64,000 bases of DNA from an uncultured Chloroflexia bacterium (GCA_963711035.1 CAVQCN010000001.1:1025942-1089941), one strand, 5' to 3'. Shown: positions 37,189 through 46,422, counted from the stretch's first letter. Program-made: numbers and translations. Notes: generated by a model not told the origin, from the letters alone.

Positions 37189-38419
37189 TCAGGCCAGCTC
37201 GGCCGGCTCTGCTTTCTCCAGCTCGAACGCCTTGTGCAGGGCGCGCACCGCGTCGGCGACCTTGTCCTCGCTGATGATGCAGGTGATGCGGATCTCGCTG
37301 GTCGAGATCATCTCGATGTTGATGCCCGCGTCGTAGAGCGTGCGGAACATGCGCGAGGCAAAGCCGGGGGCGCTCTGAATGCCGGTACCGACGATGCTCA
37401 CCTTGCCGATGCGATCGTCGGACGCCACGCCGGCGGCGTTGAGCTGCCCTGCCACGCGTTCGACGATGGGCATGGCGCGCTCGAGGTCGCCCTTGGAGAC
37501 GGTGAACGTGAGGTCGGCCAGCCCTTCGGCGGAAGCGTTCTGGACGATCACGTCGACCGAGAGGTGCGCTTCGGCCATCGGCTCGAACACGGACGCGGCG
37601 ATGCCGGGCCGGTCGGGCACACCGCGCAGAGTGATCTTCGCGACGTCCATGTCGTGGGCGATGCCGCGCACGCGGTTGAACTGCTCCATAGCGATGCCTC
37701 CGTGGATCAGGGTGCCGGGCGCCTCCGTGAAGCTCGAGGCGACGTAAATCGGGACGTTGTACACGGCCGCGATCTCGACCGACCGCGACTGCATAATCTT
37801 CGAGCCCTTGCTGGCCAGCTCGAGCATCTCCTCGTAGGTAATCTCGGGCAGCTTGCGGGCGTCCGGCTCCACGCGGGGGTCGGCGGTGTACACGCCGTCC
37901 ACGTCGGTAAAGCGCTCGCAGCGGGCGCCGAGCACCGCGGCCATGGCGACGGCGGTCAGGTCGGAAGCGCCGCGGCCCAGGGTGGTGACGTCGAGGTCTT
38001 CGGTGATGCCCTGGAAGCCCGCGATGATGACGACGCGCCCGGCGGCGAGCTCGCGGCTCACGCGGTCGGGCTCGATGCCGAGGATGCGGGCGCGGCTGTG
38101 CACGGAGTCGGTGCGCAGGCCGGCCTGGGCGCCGGTCAGGCTAGATGGCGTCGACGCCCATGTTGTGCAACGCCATCGCCATCAGCGTGCTGGAGACGAT
38201 CTCGCCCGTAGAGAGGAGGACGTCCATCTCGCGGTCGGTGGGGTTCTGGTTGATCTGGTGCGCCAGCTCGATCAGCTCGTCGGTCGTGTCGCCCATGGCG
38301 GAGACGACGGCGACGACGTCGTTGCCCTCGGCCTTGCGGCGGGCGATGCGCTGCGCGACGGCGCGGATGCGGTCGGCGTTGGCGACGGAGGAGCCGCCGT
38401 ATTTCTGGACGATGAGCAT
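37189..38419 (-). CDS. lysC: Aspartate kinase, interrupted: N-terminal 92 codons (38141..38419) and C-terminal 304 codons (37189..38103) in different frames
   Basis: [52 protein letters not shown]...HNMGVDAI* then, in another frame, [28 protein letters not shown]...VIIAGFQG...two ACT domains. Confidence 0.85.
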
Positions 38420-38502
38420 GTAGTCATCTTAGGCGAAGCGGCATTTAGGGTGAACCGGAACCTCGACGCTGGCAGCAAGCTGAGCTCATCGGGTGCCGTA
38501 TC

Positions 38503-38523
38503 CCCTCTCCCTCAGGGAGAGGG
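38503..38523. repeat. Solo copy of the cassette-type G/C hairpin (ccctctccc-tca-gggagaggg followed by cgagggtgagc)
   Basis: Same arm sequence as the hairpins flanking the DUF559 cassette, with a different loop and similar trailing gggtgag. Confidence 0.4.
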
Positions 38524-38588
38524 CGAGGGTGAGCGGTCGTAACGCTACGTTTCTGTGTCGGGCGCCGGATGCAGGTCGGAGCGCGTGT

Positions 38589-38632
38589 CCGGGGGAGATT
38601 CTTCGCTGCGCTCAGAATGACAACGCTGCGGG
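38589..38632. repeat. Inverted copy of the REP-like motif (ccgggggagattcttcgctgcgctcagaatgacaacgctgcgg)
   Basis: Reverse complement matches gtcattctgagc...gcgaagaatctcccgg, seen at 51814-51847 and in the 25996/26206 units. Confidence 0.4.
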
Positions 38633-38642
38633 GTCCGGAGCC

Positions 38643-39101
38643 TCAGGCGCGGACGACGACGGTGCCGGCGGCCATGTCGCCGATGCGCTGGTTCTTGGAA
38701 GACGCGGCCGCAACGATGACGCCGAGCAGGTAGAGGAACGGCAGGCCGTCGATGATACGAAGGATGGTGCGGATGGCGACCTTCTGGCCGGTGAGGGTGC
38801 CGTCGACGGCGGTGACGCGGATGTTCATCACCTTCTTGCCGATCGTCTGGCCGGTCTGCGACTCGAGGACGAAGTAATAGCCCATCACGATCACGAAGAA
38901 GATCAGCGATCCCAGGGTGCCGAGTGAGGCGTTGAAGCTGGAGCCGTTGCCCGAGCTGGACGAGCCGAAGTCGCCAAACAACACGGCCAGGATTACGAAG
39001 ACCACGGCAAGGATGACGACATCGATGATCGCGGCGACGATCCGCGGACCCATGACGTTCTCTGTGGTGGTTACCTGTTCTGGTTGGGTCGCTTCATTCA
39101 T
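38643..39101 (-). CDS. RDD-family membrane protein
   Basis: 152 aa, three TM helices, conserved R...D...D (RIVAAIIDVVILAVVFV...LRIIDGLPF). Confidence 0.8.
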   Translation of the reverse strand: MNEATQPEQVTTTENVMGPRIVAAIIDVVILAVVFVILAVLFGDFGSSSSGNGSSFNASLGTLGSLIFFVIVMGYYFVLESQTGQTIGKKVMNIRVTAVDGTLTGQKVAIRTILRIIDGLPFLYLLGVIVAAASSKNQRIGDMAAGTVVVRA

Positions 39102-39186
39102 GGCGCGAGTCTAGTGGGAAGCGTAGGCGCTGAAAAGAAGCATTTTTCAGCACATTTCCGACGTGAATGGACGACAGTTCGCGGCG

Positions 39187-40059
39187 CTAGCTCTGGTCGA
39201 TAACGTGCGCGCCCTGCGTTGTCGGCGTCGTGATGATGCTGCGGCCGCTGAAGCCGCTGGCGATGGCTGCCTGCGTCATGAGCCGCGCCACGCGCTCCTC
39301 GCCGTCCTGCACCAGCGCCGCGACTGTGGAGCCGCCACCGGAGAGGTAGGCGGCCGCGGCGCCGGCGTTGCGGGCGGCCTCCATGATCGGGTTGAGGCCG
39401 GGGAAGATCTCGCCGCGCACGGGCTGGTGAATGTGGTCCTGGGTTGCCTCGTGCAGCAGGTCGTAGCGGCCGGCGCCGAGGGCGGCGACGAGCAGCGCCG
39501 AGCGGCTCAGGTTGAAGATCGTGTCGTCGCGGGAGAACTCGCGCGGCAGGCGCCGGCGGCTCTCCTGGGTGGGCATCTCGAAGTCGGGCACAAAAACGAC
39601 GACCTTGAGGTCGTCCGGCAGGGCCGCCGCCAGGTGCAGCAGCTGGGAGTCGCGTCTGACGACGATCTGCAGGCCACCGAAGAGGCAGGGCGCCATGTTG
39701 TCGGGGTGGTTCTCCAGCTTCGTGCCCAACGCCAGTAGAGTCTCGCCGTCGAGGGCGTTGTCTTGCAGGGCATTGCCGGCCAGCAGCCCGGCGGCGCGCA
39801 GCGCGGCGCTGGCGCCGAGGCCTCGTGCCAAGGGAATGGCGCCGTCCCACTCGACGGCGATGGGTGGGGCGCTGTCGGCGCCGCCAAACGTCGCCTGTAC
39901 GCCCTGCTCCACCAGCCGCTCGATACCGCTGACGCTGCGCGGCGGCCGCTTCACCGTCTCGATCGTGACGGTGGCCCAGAGGTCAAGGGCCATGCCCAGG
40001 CAGTCGAAGCCGGAGCCGAGGTTGGCGGAGGTAGCGGCGGCGCGGACGCTGATTCGCAT
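39187..40059 (-). CDS. thrB: Homoserine kinase
   Basis: 290 aa MRISVRAAATSANLGSGFDCLGMALDLW... GHMP kinase motifs (PLARGLGASAALRAAG). Confidence 0.85.
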   Translation of the reverse strand: MRISVRAAATSANLGSGFDCLGMALDLWATVTIETVKRPPRSVSGIERLVEQGVQATFGGADSAPPIAVEWDGAIPLARGLGASAALRAAGLLAGNALQDNALDGETLLALGTKLENHPDNMAPCLFGGLQIVVRRDSQLLHLAAALPDDLKVVVFVPDFEMPTQESRRRLPREFSRDDTIFNLSRSALLVAALGAGRYDLLHEATQDHIHQPVRGEIFPGLNPIMEAARNAGAAAAYLSGGGSTVAALVQDGEERVARLMTQAAIASGFSGRSIITTPTTQGAHVIDQS

Positions 40060-40237
40060 GACGGGCCTAGTGTACGCGAGGCGCTGGTTACGCCCGAGGC
40101 AACGGGTCTAGAATTTGTGTCGCAGATACGCGTGCGTTTAGCTGCTGCTCCGTTGAACGATCACCCGTGACGCTTCGGGTGTTGCACGCTGTGTGGCAGG
40201 TTGGGCGGGATGCTAATCCCTCGAGAGGAAGAGAGAC

Positions 40238-40702
40238 GTGGCTCAGATCAACATCGGCGACCAGGCGCCCGACTTCGAGACGGTCAACGACCAGGACGAA
40301 CCGGTCAAGCTCAGCGACTTTCGCGGCAAGCGCGTGGTGCTCTATTTCTACCCCAAGGACGACACGACCGGCTGCACGGCGCAGGCCTGCGGCTTCCGCG
40401 ACCACTACGCCGAGATCGAGGCCAAGGACGCGGTTGTGCTCGGTGTCAGTCCAGACGGCGTGAAGTCGCACCAGCGCTTCAAGGCCAAGCACGACCTGCC
40501 GTTCCCGCTGCTCGTGGACAGCGATCACACGATCGCGGAGGCGTACGGCGTCTGGCAGGAGAAGTCGATGTACGGCCGCAAATACATGGGCATCGTGCGC
40601 AGCCACTTCGTAATCGACGAGCAAGGTAAGGTCGTCGACGTGAAGTACAAGGTGAGCCCGGCCGACAGCGTTAGCAAGTCGATTGCGACGCTGACAGGCT
40701 GA
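40238..40702 (+). CDS. bcp: Thioredoxin-dependent peroxiredoxin Bcp
   Basis: 154 aa ...DFRGKRVVLYFYPKDDTTGCTAQACGFRD... Confidence 0.9.
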   Translation: MAQINIGDQAPDFETVNDQDEPVKLSDFRGKRVVLYFYPKDDTTGCTAQACGFRDHYAEIEAKDAVVLGVSPDGVKSHQRFKAKHDLPFPLLVDSDHTIAEAYGVWQEKSMYGRKYMGIVRSHFVIDEQGKVVDVKYKVSPADSVSKSIATLTG

Positions 40703-40783
40703 TGATTGGCAGTTACAACCCCGCTGCACTGTCTTACAATTGGTAAGCGAATGGTTTGTAAAGGCTAGAGAAGGGACGAAGAC

Positions 40784-41245
40784 ATGGCAGAGATCAAAGT
40801 CGGCGACCAGGCCCCGGACTTCGAGACGACGAGCGACAAGGGCGACAAGATCAAGCTGAGCGACTACCGCGGCAAGCGGGTCGTGCTCTACTTCTACCCC
40901 AAGGACGACACCCCCGGCTGCACGATTCAGGCCTGCGGCTTCCGCGACGTCTATACGGACGTCGAAAGCAAGAACGCCGTCGTGCTCGGCGTTAGCCCGG
41001 ACGGCGTCGACTCGCATATTGCCTTCCGCGACAAGTTCGGACTGCCCTTCCCGCTGCTGACGGACGAGGACAAGTCAATCTCGCAGACCTACGGCGTCTG
41101 GCAGGAGCGCGAGCGGGACGGCAACAAGTTCATGGGCGTTGCCCGCAGTCACTTCGTCATCGACGAGCAGGGCAAGGTCGTCGACGTGCAGTACAACGTG
41201 GCGCCCGCAGACAGCATCACGCTGTCGATGAAGACGCTGGCGTAA
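40784..41245 (+). CDS. bcp: Thioredoxin-dependent peroxiredoxin Bcp (tandem paralog)
   Basis: 153 aa ...DYRGKRVVLYFYPKDDTPGCTIQACGFRD...; highly similar to the upstream bcp. Confidence 0.9.
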   Translation: MAEIKVGDQAPDFETTSDKGDKIKLSDYRGKRVVLYFYPKDDTPGCTIQACGFRDVYTDVESKNAVVLGVSPDGVDSHIAFRDKFGLPFPLLTDEDKSISQTYGVWQERERDGNKFMGVARSHFVIDEQGKVVDVQYNVAPADSITLSMKTLA

Positions 41246-41266
41246 CTAGCTCGGGTCGAGTTCGAA

Positions 41267-41304
41267 AAGGCGCCTGCTCCCGGCAAGCAGGCGCCTTTTG
41301 TTTA
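41267..41304 (+). terminator. Rho-independent terminator after the bcp pair
   Basis: aaggcgcctgct-cccggca-agcaggcgcctt 12-bp stem followed by ttgttta. Confidence 0.7.
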
Positions 41305-41389
41305 CGTTGGAGATAGGTCATGTGCACGTAACGCGGGAAAGAGTAAAGTCCGTGCTTGTCAGAACAATCGCATAGAAGGAGGGTTCGTC

Positions 41390-42286
41390 ATGCTGCTCGT
41401 CACAGGAGGCACCGGGTTCGTAGGGTCCGCGGTGGCGGACGAGCTGCTCTCGCGGGGTGAATCCGTGGCCGTGTTGAGCCGGGACGGATCGAAGGTCCAA
41501 CAGCGCTTCGGGGATGGTATGGAGGCACGTGAGGGCGACGTGCGATATGCAGACCAGCTTGCCGTCGCGATGAAGGGCATCGATACGGTGATCGACTGCG
41601 TGCAGTTCCCGACCTCGCCGATCGAAATCCCGCGCAAGGGCTGGACCTTCGAGGAGATCGACTACAAAGGCACGTTGCACCAGGTAGACGCCGCGAAGGC
41701 GGCGGGCGTGCGCCGCTACGTCTACGTCAGCGGTGTCGGCGCTGCGGAAGACGCGGAGAAACACTGGTTCCGCTTCAAGTGGCTGGCGGAGCAGTACGTG
41801 GCCGCCAGCGGCCTGGCCTGGACCACCATCCGGCCGACCTGGATCTACGGCCCCAACGATAGCTCGCTCAATCGCCTGCTGGGCTTCAGCCGCTTTCTGC
41901 CCTTCGTGCCGCTGTTCGGCGACGGCAAGCAGGCGATGCAGCCCGTCTTCGTCAACGACGTCGCGCGGGTAGCCGTGGATGCAGCGCTGTCGCCCGCGGC
42001 CGAGGGCAAGCTCATCGAGCTCGGCGGCCCGGACGTGATGACAATGAACGAGGTGCTGCGGACGGCGCTGCATGTCATGAAACGCCGGCGCTTCATCCTG
42101 CACCAGCCTGTCTTCGTCGGTAAGCTGGCGGGTCGCCTGGCGTCGCTGCTGCCGACGCCACCGCTCAGCGCAGACGCGGTCGATTTCATCAACGCGCCGG
42201 CAGTCGCGGACAACACGGCGCTCGAACAGACGCTGCAGCCGAAGCTGACACCGCTGCGGGAAGGTCTGGAGACGTATCTCGCTTAG
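41390..42286 (+). CDS. NAD(P)H-binding SDR-family protein (NDUFA9/NmrA-like)
   Basis: 298 aa MLLVTGGTGFVGSAVADELLSRGESVAVLSR... Rossmann GxxGxxG. Confidence 0.8.
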   Translation: MLLVTGGTGFVGSAVADELLSRGESVAVLSRDGSKVQQRFGDGMEAREGDVRYADQLAVAMKGIDTVIDCVQFPTSPIEIPRKGWTFEEIDYKGTLHQVDAAKAAGVRRYVYVSGVGAAEDAEKHWFRFKWLAEQYVAASGLAWTTIRPTWIYGPNDSSLNRLLGFSRFLPFVPLFGDGKQAMQPVFVNDVARVAVDAALSPAAEGKLIELGGPDVMTMNEVLRTALHVMKRRRFILHQPVFVGKLAGRLASLLPTPPLSADAVDFINAPAVADNTALEQTLQPKLTPLREGLETYLA

Positions 42287-42951
42287 GGAATCTTGGCGTC
42301 GCTCTGCTTGATAGCGTCCCAGCCGGCGATTGCTTCCTGCACCGACGACTCCATGACGTTGGTCTGCACCTGACCGCTGATCACGCGCGTGATCACGCCG
42401 TTGGCGTCGATGAAGTAGCTCTCTGGCAGGCCGAGCGTGACGTTGTAGCGCTTGATGATCGCCTCAGTCGGGTCGTAGCCGATGGCGGTGAGCTTGATGT
42501 CGAGGTTGTTGAGGAAGGCAGAGGCGCCTTCCACCGATTCGCCGTCGTTCACGGCGATCACGGCCAGATTGCCGGCATCGGGACCGTACTGATCCAGCAT
42601 CGTCATCATGTCAGGCATCTCGTAGCGACAGGGTCCGCACCAGGACGCCCAGAAGTTGAGAAACACGGGCCGTCCGCGGTAATCGGAGAGCCGCTGGCGC
42701 TGGCCGTCGAAGGTGGAGAACTCGAAGTCTGGCGCCAGGTCGCCAGCTTCCAGGCCGACTTTCAGGCCGCTCTGGTTCGGCGTGTCGACTGACGTGTCGG
42801 CGGCGCGGACCTGCACGCTCTGGCCGCTGCTGTTGCTGACGGTGGCCTTGTCCGACTTGAAGAGCAGGCCGGCCTGCCACAGTACGAGCAACGCGATCAT
42901 CACGACGGCGGAGGCGAGGGCGAGTCGGACGAGCTGGTTTGGCTGGTTCAT
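42283..42951 (-). CDS. TlpA/ResA-like membrane-anchored thiol-disulfide oxidoreductase
   Basis: 222 aa, N-terminal TM, thioredoxin fold with FLNFWASWCGPCRYEMP. Confidence 0.85.
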   Translation of the reverse strand: MNQPNQLVRLALASAVVMIALLVLWQAGLLFKSDKATVSNSSGQSVQVRAADTSVDTPNQSGLKVGLEAGDLAPDFEFSTFDGQRQRLSDYRGRPVFLNFWASWCGPCRYEMPDMMTMLDQYGPDAGNLAVIAVNDGESVEGASAFLNNLDIKLTAIGYDPTEAIIKRYNVTLGLPESYFIDANGVITRVISGQVQTNVMESSVQEAIAGWDAIKQSDAKIP

Positions 42952-43021
42952 GGCAGAAGGAGAGCCCTCGTGGGCGAGGGCTGCTCCTTCTAGCTTACGA
43001 CGCGATGGGGTTTGCAGAAAG

Positions 43022-43189
43022 TCAGGCTACGGCGCGACTCTCCACTCTGACGGTTTCGGTAGGCGCGGGGACGGTGCGGGCGCATTGCAGACAGCGCCAC
43101 TCATTATCGTCAATGCTCTCGAGGTAAGCGGCGCCGCCGCAACGCGGACAGGCGTTCAGTCGCATGCCAATTCGCTTCTTGCTGTTCAT
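43022..43189 (-). CDS. Small zinc-ribbon protein (55 aa), not in ORF track
   Basis: MNSKKRIGMRLNACPRCGGAAYLESIDDNEWRCLQCARTVPAPTETVRVESRAVA; CxxC...CxxC; GAGGAGG 8 nt upstream of ATG 43187-43189; directly upstream of the tlpA-like gene. Confidence 0.4.
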   Translation of the reverse strand: MNSKKRIGMRLNACPRCGGAAYLESIDDNEWRCLQCARTVPAPTETVRVESRAVA

Positions 43190-43349
43190 GTTCTAGACCT
43201 CCTCACGGTCTCGGGTGTGGTACCTCTCCGTGATCGGGATCAGGCTATCTCTAATTGCTTCTCTTTCGATTACAGAGTGACTACGGCGGCGTTAAGGATC
43301 TATGAAATCGGCTGCGTGAGGCGGCGCGAGAGACTGGTAGACTTGGATC

Positions 43350-44111
43350 ATGAATCGACCGCCGCAAGCCATCTTGTTTGACATAGGGAGTACGCTCTGG
43401 AGCTCGCCTCCGGAGGACGAGGCCGCGCTGCAGCGGTGCTACGGCCGCGGCCGCGAGATCCTCCTCGAAGTGCTGCCCGGCGTGCCTCCTGTCGAGGCCC
43501 TGATCGACGCGGTCGAAGGCTACTTCGCCGAGTGGGAGGAGAACTGGCGCCGCGACTCTTCCCTCGTCACGCAGGAGCCGACTACCGCCTTCGTCGCGAC
43601 TGCCCTGGGTTCGCTGAACATCGCGCCGCCGCCGGACCAGCTGCAGCGCTTCACTGACGCCATCCTCGAGACCAGCATCTACACCGCGAAAGTGCTGGAG
43701 CCGGAGCCCGACATGGTCGAGGCGCTGGCGGCGCTGCACGGGATGGGGCTGCGCCTGGGCTGCGTCTCCAACGCCTTCATGACCGCGGCCACGTTGGACC
43801 AGATCATGACCGAGCGGGGCCTGGGGCAATACCTCGAGCTCACTGTGTCGTCCTGTGAGCTGGGCTATCGCAAACCGCACGCCGCCATCTACCATGCTGC
43901 GATCGACAAAATGAGTCTCGACCCGGCGCAGACCATGTTCGTCGGCGACCGCCTCGATGCTGACGTGGCAGGCCCGGCAGCGCTGGGCATGAGCACCGCC
44001 CTGACGCTGCAGTACCGCACGGAGGACCTGTCCAACGCCACCGTGCAGCCCGACGTGGTGATCAACCACCTGCGCGAGCTCGCGGCGTTTATCCGCGACG
44101 CAAGCGATTAG
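43350..44111 (+). CDS. HAD-superfamily hydrolase
   Basis: 253 aa ILFDIGSTLW...GCVSNAF...VGDRLDADVAG motifs I-IV. Confidence 0.8.
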   Translation: MNRPPQAILFDIGSTLWSSPPEDEAALQRCYGRGREILLEVLPGVPPVEALIDAVEGYFAEWEENWRRDSSLVTQEPTTAFVATALGSLNIAPPPDQLQRFTDAILETSIYTAKVLEPEPDMVEALAALHGMGLRLGCVSNAFMTAATLDQIMTERGLGQYLELTVSSCELGYRKPHAAIYHAAIDKMSLDPAQTMFVGDRLDADVAGPAALGMSTALTLQYRTEDLSNATVQPDVVINHLRELAAFIRDASD

Positions 44112-44209
44112 AGCAGTTCAATCCAGTCAAGCCTGATCAGAACGTCGGGCGGCGAAGCAACCGGTTTCATCGGTGTTTTGGCTTGCGCGTGGTTGCGCGG
44201 GACGCAGTC

Positions 44210-45055
44210 CTAGAGGACGCCGGCGAGGGCCAGCGCGATGACGAGCGTGCCCATGGCGATGCGATAGCGGATGAACGCGGTCAGCGGGTTGAAGCGCAGA
44301 AACCGGATCAGGAAGGCGATCGCCGCGTAGCCGACGATGGCGGCGGCGATCATGCCGATGGCGTAGACAGCGGCCTCGTTGTGGACAGTGGTGCTCTCGG
44401 CGTGGCCTCGGATGACGTCGAGGAGCTTCTTGCCGCCCGCGCCGGCGATGATCGGCGCCGAGAGCAGGAAGGCAAAGACGGCGGCCTCGTCGCGGCGGAA
44501 GCCGTCCATCATGCCGGCCGAGATCGTGATGCCGGAGCGCGAGACGCCGGGGATCAGGGCGATGGCCTGTGCGGCGCCGACCAGGAGCGCGTCGAAGGTA
44601 CTGGCAGAGCTGATGTCTCGTTCGCCGCGGCCGTAGCGATCCGCCAGCCACATCGGCAGGCAGAAGACGATGAGCATGGCGCCGACCAGTATGGGTGAAC
44701 GGAAGGCGTGGTCCGCCGAGCTTTCCAGCAGGACACCCGCGATGGCGGCCGGGATCGTGCCGACGATGAGCAGCCATGCGAGTCTTGACTCGTTCGTGAG
44801 GTCCCAACGTCGCGCCGAGATGCTGGCGATCCAGCCTCGGGCCAGGTTCCAGACGGTGACCCGAAAGTAGATGAGGACGGCTGCCAGCGTGCCGAGGTGG
44901 ATTGCGGCGTCGAACTGCAGGCCGAACTGGTTGTCGGAAAGGCCGAGGACGTGCTGGCCGATGATGAGGTGGCCGGTGGAAGAGACGGGAAGGAATTCAG
45001 TCAGACCCTGAATCACCCCGAGGATGGCAGCGTTGAGGACGTCCGACATTGCCAT
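44210..45055 (-). CDS. uppP: Undecaprenyl-diphosphate phosphatase
   Basis: 281 aa MAMSDVLNAAILGVIQGLTEFLPVSSTGHLII..., BacA/UppP signature. Confidence 0.9.
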   Translation of the reverse strand: MAMSDVLNAAILGVIQGLTEFLPVSSTGHLIIGQHVLGLSDNQFGLQFDAAIHLGTLAAVLIYFRVTVWNLARGWIASISARRWDLTNESRLAWLLIVGTIPAAIAGVLLESSADHAFRSPILVGAMLIVFCLPMWLADRYGRGERDISSASTFDALLVGAAQAIALIPGVSRSGITISAGMMDGFRRDEAAVFAFLLSAPIIAGAGGKKLLDVIRGHAESTTVHNEAAVYAIGMIAAAIVGYAAIAFLIRFLRFNPLTAFIRYRIAMGTLVIALALAGVL

Positions 45056-45149
45056 ACACGCTAGACGCCGCGCCGTTCGGTGACAAGCGGGGGAAACCCG
45101 CGTCGAAGAGCAAAGTCGACCCTACACCAGGGGTATACGCCTCCGGCAC

Positions 45150-45185
45150 GAAGAGAGGGCGCTCCACCGTGAGCGCCCTCTCTTC
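45150..45185. terminator. 15-bp perfect hairpin (gaagagagggcgctc-caccgt-gagcgccctctcttc) just 3' of the VOC gene
   Basis: Sits 20 nt downstream of the minus-strand VOC stop; no T-tract, so this may be a Rho-dependent pause or stability element. Confidence 0.4.
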
Positions 45186-45204
45186 GTGTGTTCGGTTGAG
45201 TGAG

Positions 45205-45555
45205 CTACATGCCCTTGAACAGGCCGACGATGTTGCCTTCCGGGTCGGCGAACTGGGCCATCATGCCTTCGCCCGGGATCTGCATGGGCGGCATGATCAC
45301 CTTGCCGCCGTTCGCGACGGCCGTGTCGAGCGTGGCCTGAACGTCGTCTGTCTCGACGTAGAAGGTGACGCGACCGTAGCCCGGGCCGGGCATCTCGGCG
45401 ATGCCGCCACCGATGCCGCCGGACTGCGTGTCGACGATGCCGTAGTTCATCGGGTTGTCGGCATTGACCTTCCAGCCGAAAAGGTTCGCGTAGAAGCTCT
45501 GCAGCTTCTTGCCATCTTTGCCCACGATCTCGAAGTGCGTTACCGGGTGAGGCAT
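45205..45555 (-). CDS. VOC-family (glyoxalase/bleomycin-resistance) protein
   Basis: 116 aa MPHPVTHFEIVGKDGKKLQSFYANLFGWKV.... Confidence 0.8.
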   Translation of the reverse strand: MPHPVTHFEIVGKDGKKLQSFYANLFGWKVNADNPMNYGIVDTQSGGIGGGIAEMPGPGYGRVTFYVETDDVQATLDTAVANGGKVIMPPMQIPGEGMMAQFADPEGNIVGLFKGM

Positions 45556-45821
45556 GGGAATGTCCTTTCTTCTCTCTGCCGGCCGTGTCGTTCGGCCTGA
45601 GTGTACGAGTGCTGCGTCGCACAGTGTAACGGTTGTCAGGCCCTAATTGGCGTGGTCCGTCCAGGAATCGCGGCGTGATCGCCGGACTGTCCGGAAAGCC
45701 ATGCCGCTCGTCCAGGGCTTGGGACCGTACCAGGAGACTTAATGTCGATGAAACGGTTGTGTAACCCGGACGTAAAGAGCAGCTTCTAGGCTACAACTAC
45801 AAGTTTCGCAGGAGGTTCCGG

Positions 45822-45959
45822 ATGAAAAGCGACACCAAAGGGACGGTCGACGTCAAGAACGGAATCGCTGAGGACCGTGTCGTCCTGCGAATCGTGAGGG
45901 AAGCGCTTCGATCGGAGTTTCCCCAGGTCCGCTTCGCCCCGAAGGGCGCGGCGGCCTAG
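45822..45959 (+). CDS. Candidate 45-aa small ORF with strong RBS, upstream of the ABM gene
   Basis: MKSDTKGTVDVKNGIAEDRVVLRIVREALRSEFPQVRFAPKGAAA; AGGAGG 7 nt upstream; not in the track (under 60 aa). Confidence 0.25.
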   Translation: MKSDTKGTVDVKNGIAEDRVVLRIVREALRSEFPQVRFAPKGAAA

Positions 45960-45971
45960 GGAGGTCCCCTC

Positions 45972-46349
45972 ATGGCGATTCTCAGGCTGACGTTCCTGGA
46001 ACCCAGGCGCGGCAGCGAAGACGAGGTTGAACGATTGCTGGAGGAGCTGGATGCCACGGTCGCGAACGCGCCGGGGCTGATCATGAGCTTCCTTCTCAAT
46101 CAGGAACCTCGCCGGCTGGGACGAATATCGTTCTGGCAATCCAAAGACGGTGCCAACCGAGAGGCGGCTAACTCCCATGTTCTCTCTCTGCGTTCTCGCC
46201 TGCGCCATCTCTCGGTGGACACGGAGGAAAGGCTTCTAGAGGTCACCTCGGGCTTCCTGCCCGAGGGGTTCAGCTCACTGCAGGATGCGGCCAAGTTGCG
46301 GGCGTACTTCCCCTCCTCCGCCCAACAAGTGGCCTTACCTGCCGACTAG
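45972..46349 (+). CDS. Putative antibiotic-biosynthesis-monooxygenase (ABM)-like small protein
   Basis: 125 aa; GGGAGG RBS; weak ABM-like pattern (ILRLTFLEPRRGSEDEVERLLEEL...ISFWQSKDGANRE). Confidence 0.55.
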   Translation: MAILRLTFLEPRRGSEDEVERLLEELDATVANAPGLIMSFLLNQEPRRLGRISFWQSKDGANREAANSHVLSLRSRLRHLSVDTEERLLEVTSGFLPEGFSSLQDAAKLRAYFPSSAQQVALPAD

Positions 46350-46422
46350 GAGCCCTTCGAAGGGGCCGGGACGTGCTGCCCCATTGGTCCCGGTCCCTTC
46401 TTTCCCCCTTTTGCTCTCGCTC

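Noticed and set aside
39098-39850. 250-aa minus-strand ORF (and 39163..39738 plus, 39507..39887 minus) overlapping thrB
   Set aside because: Alternative frames of the well-supported homoserine kinase gene; Arg/Pro/Ala junk translations.
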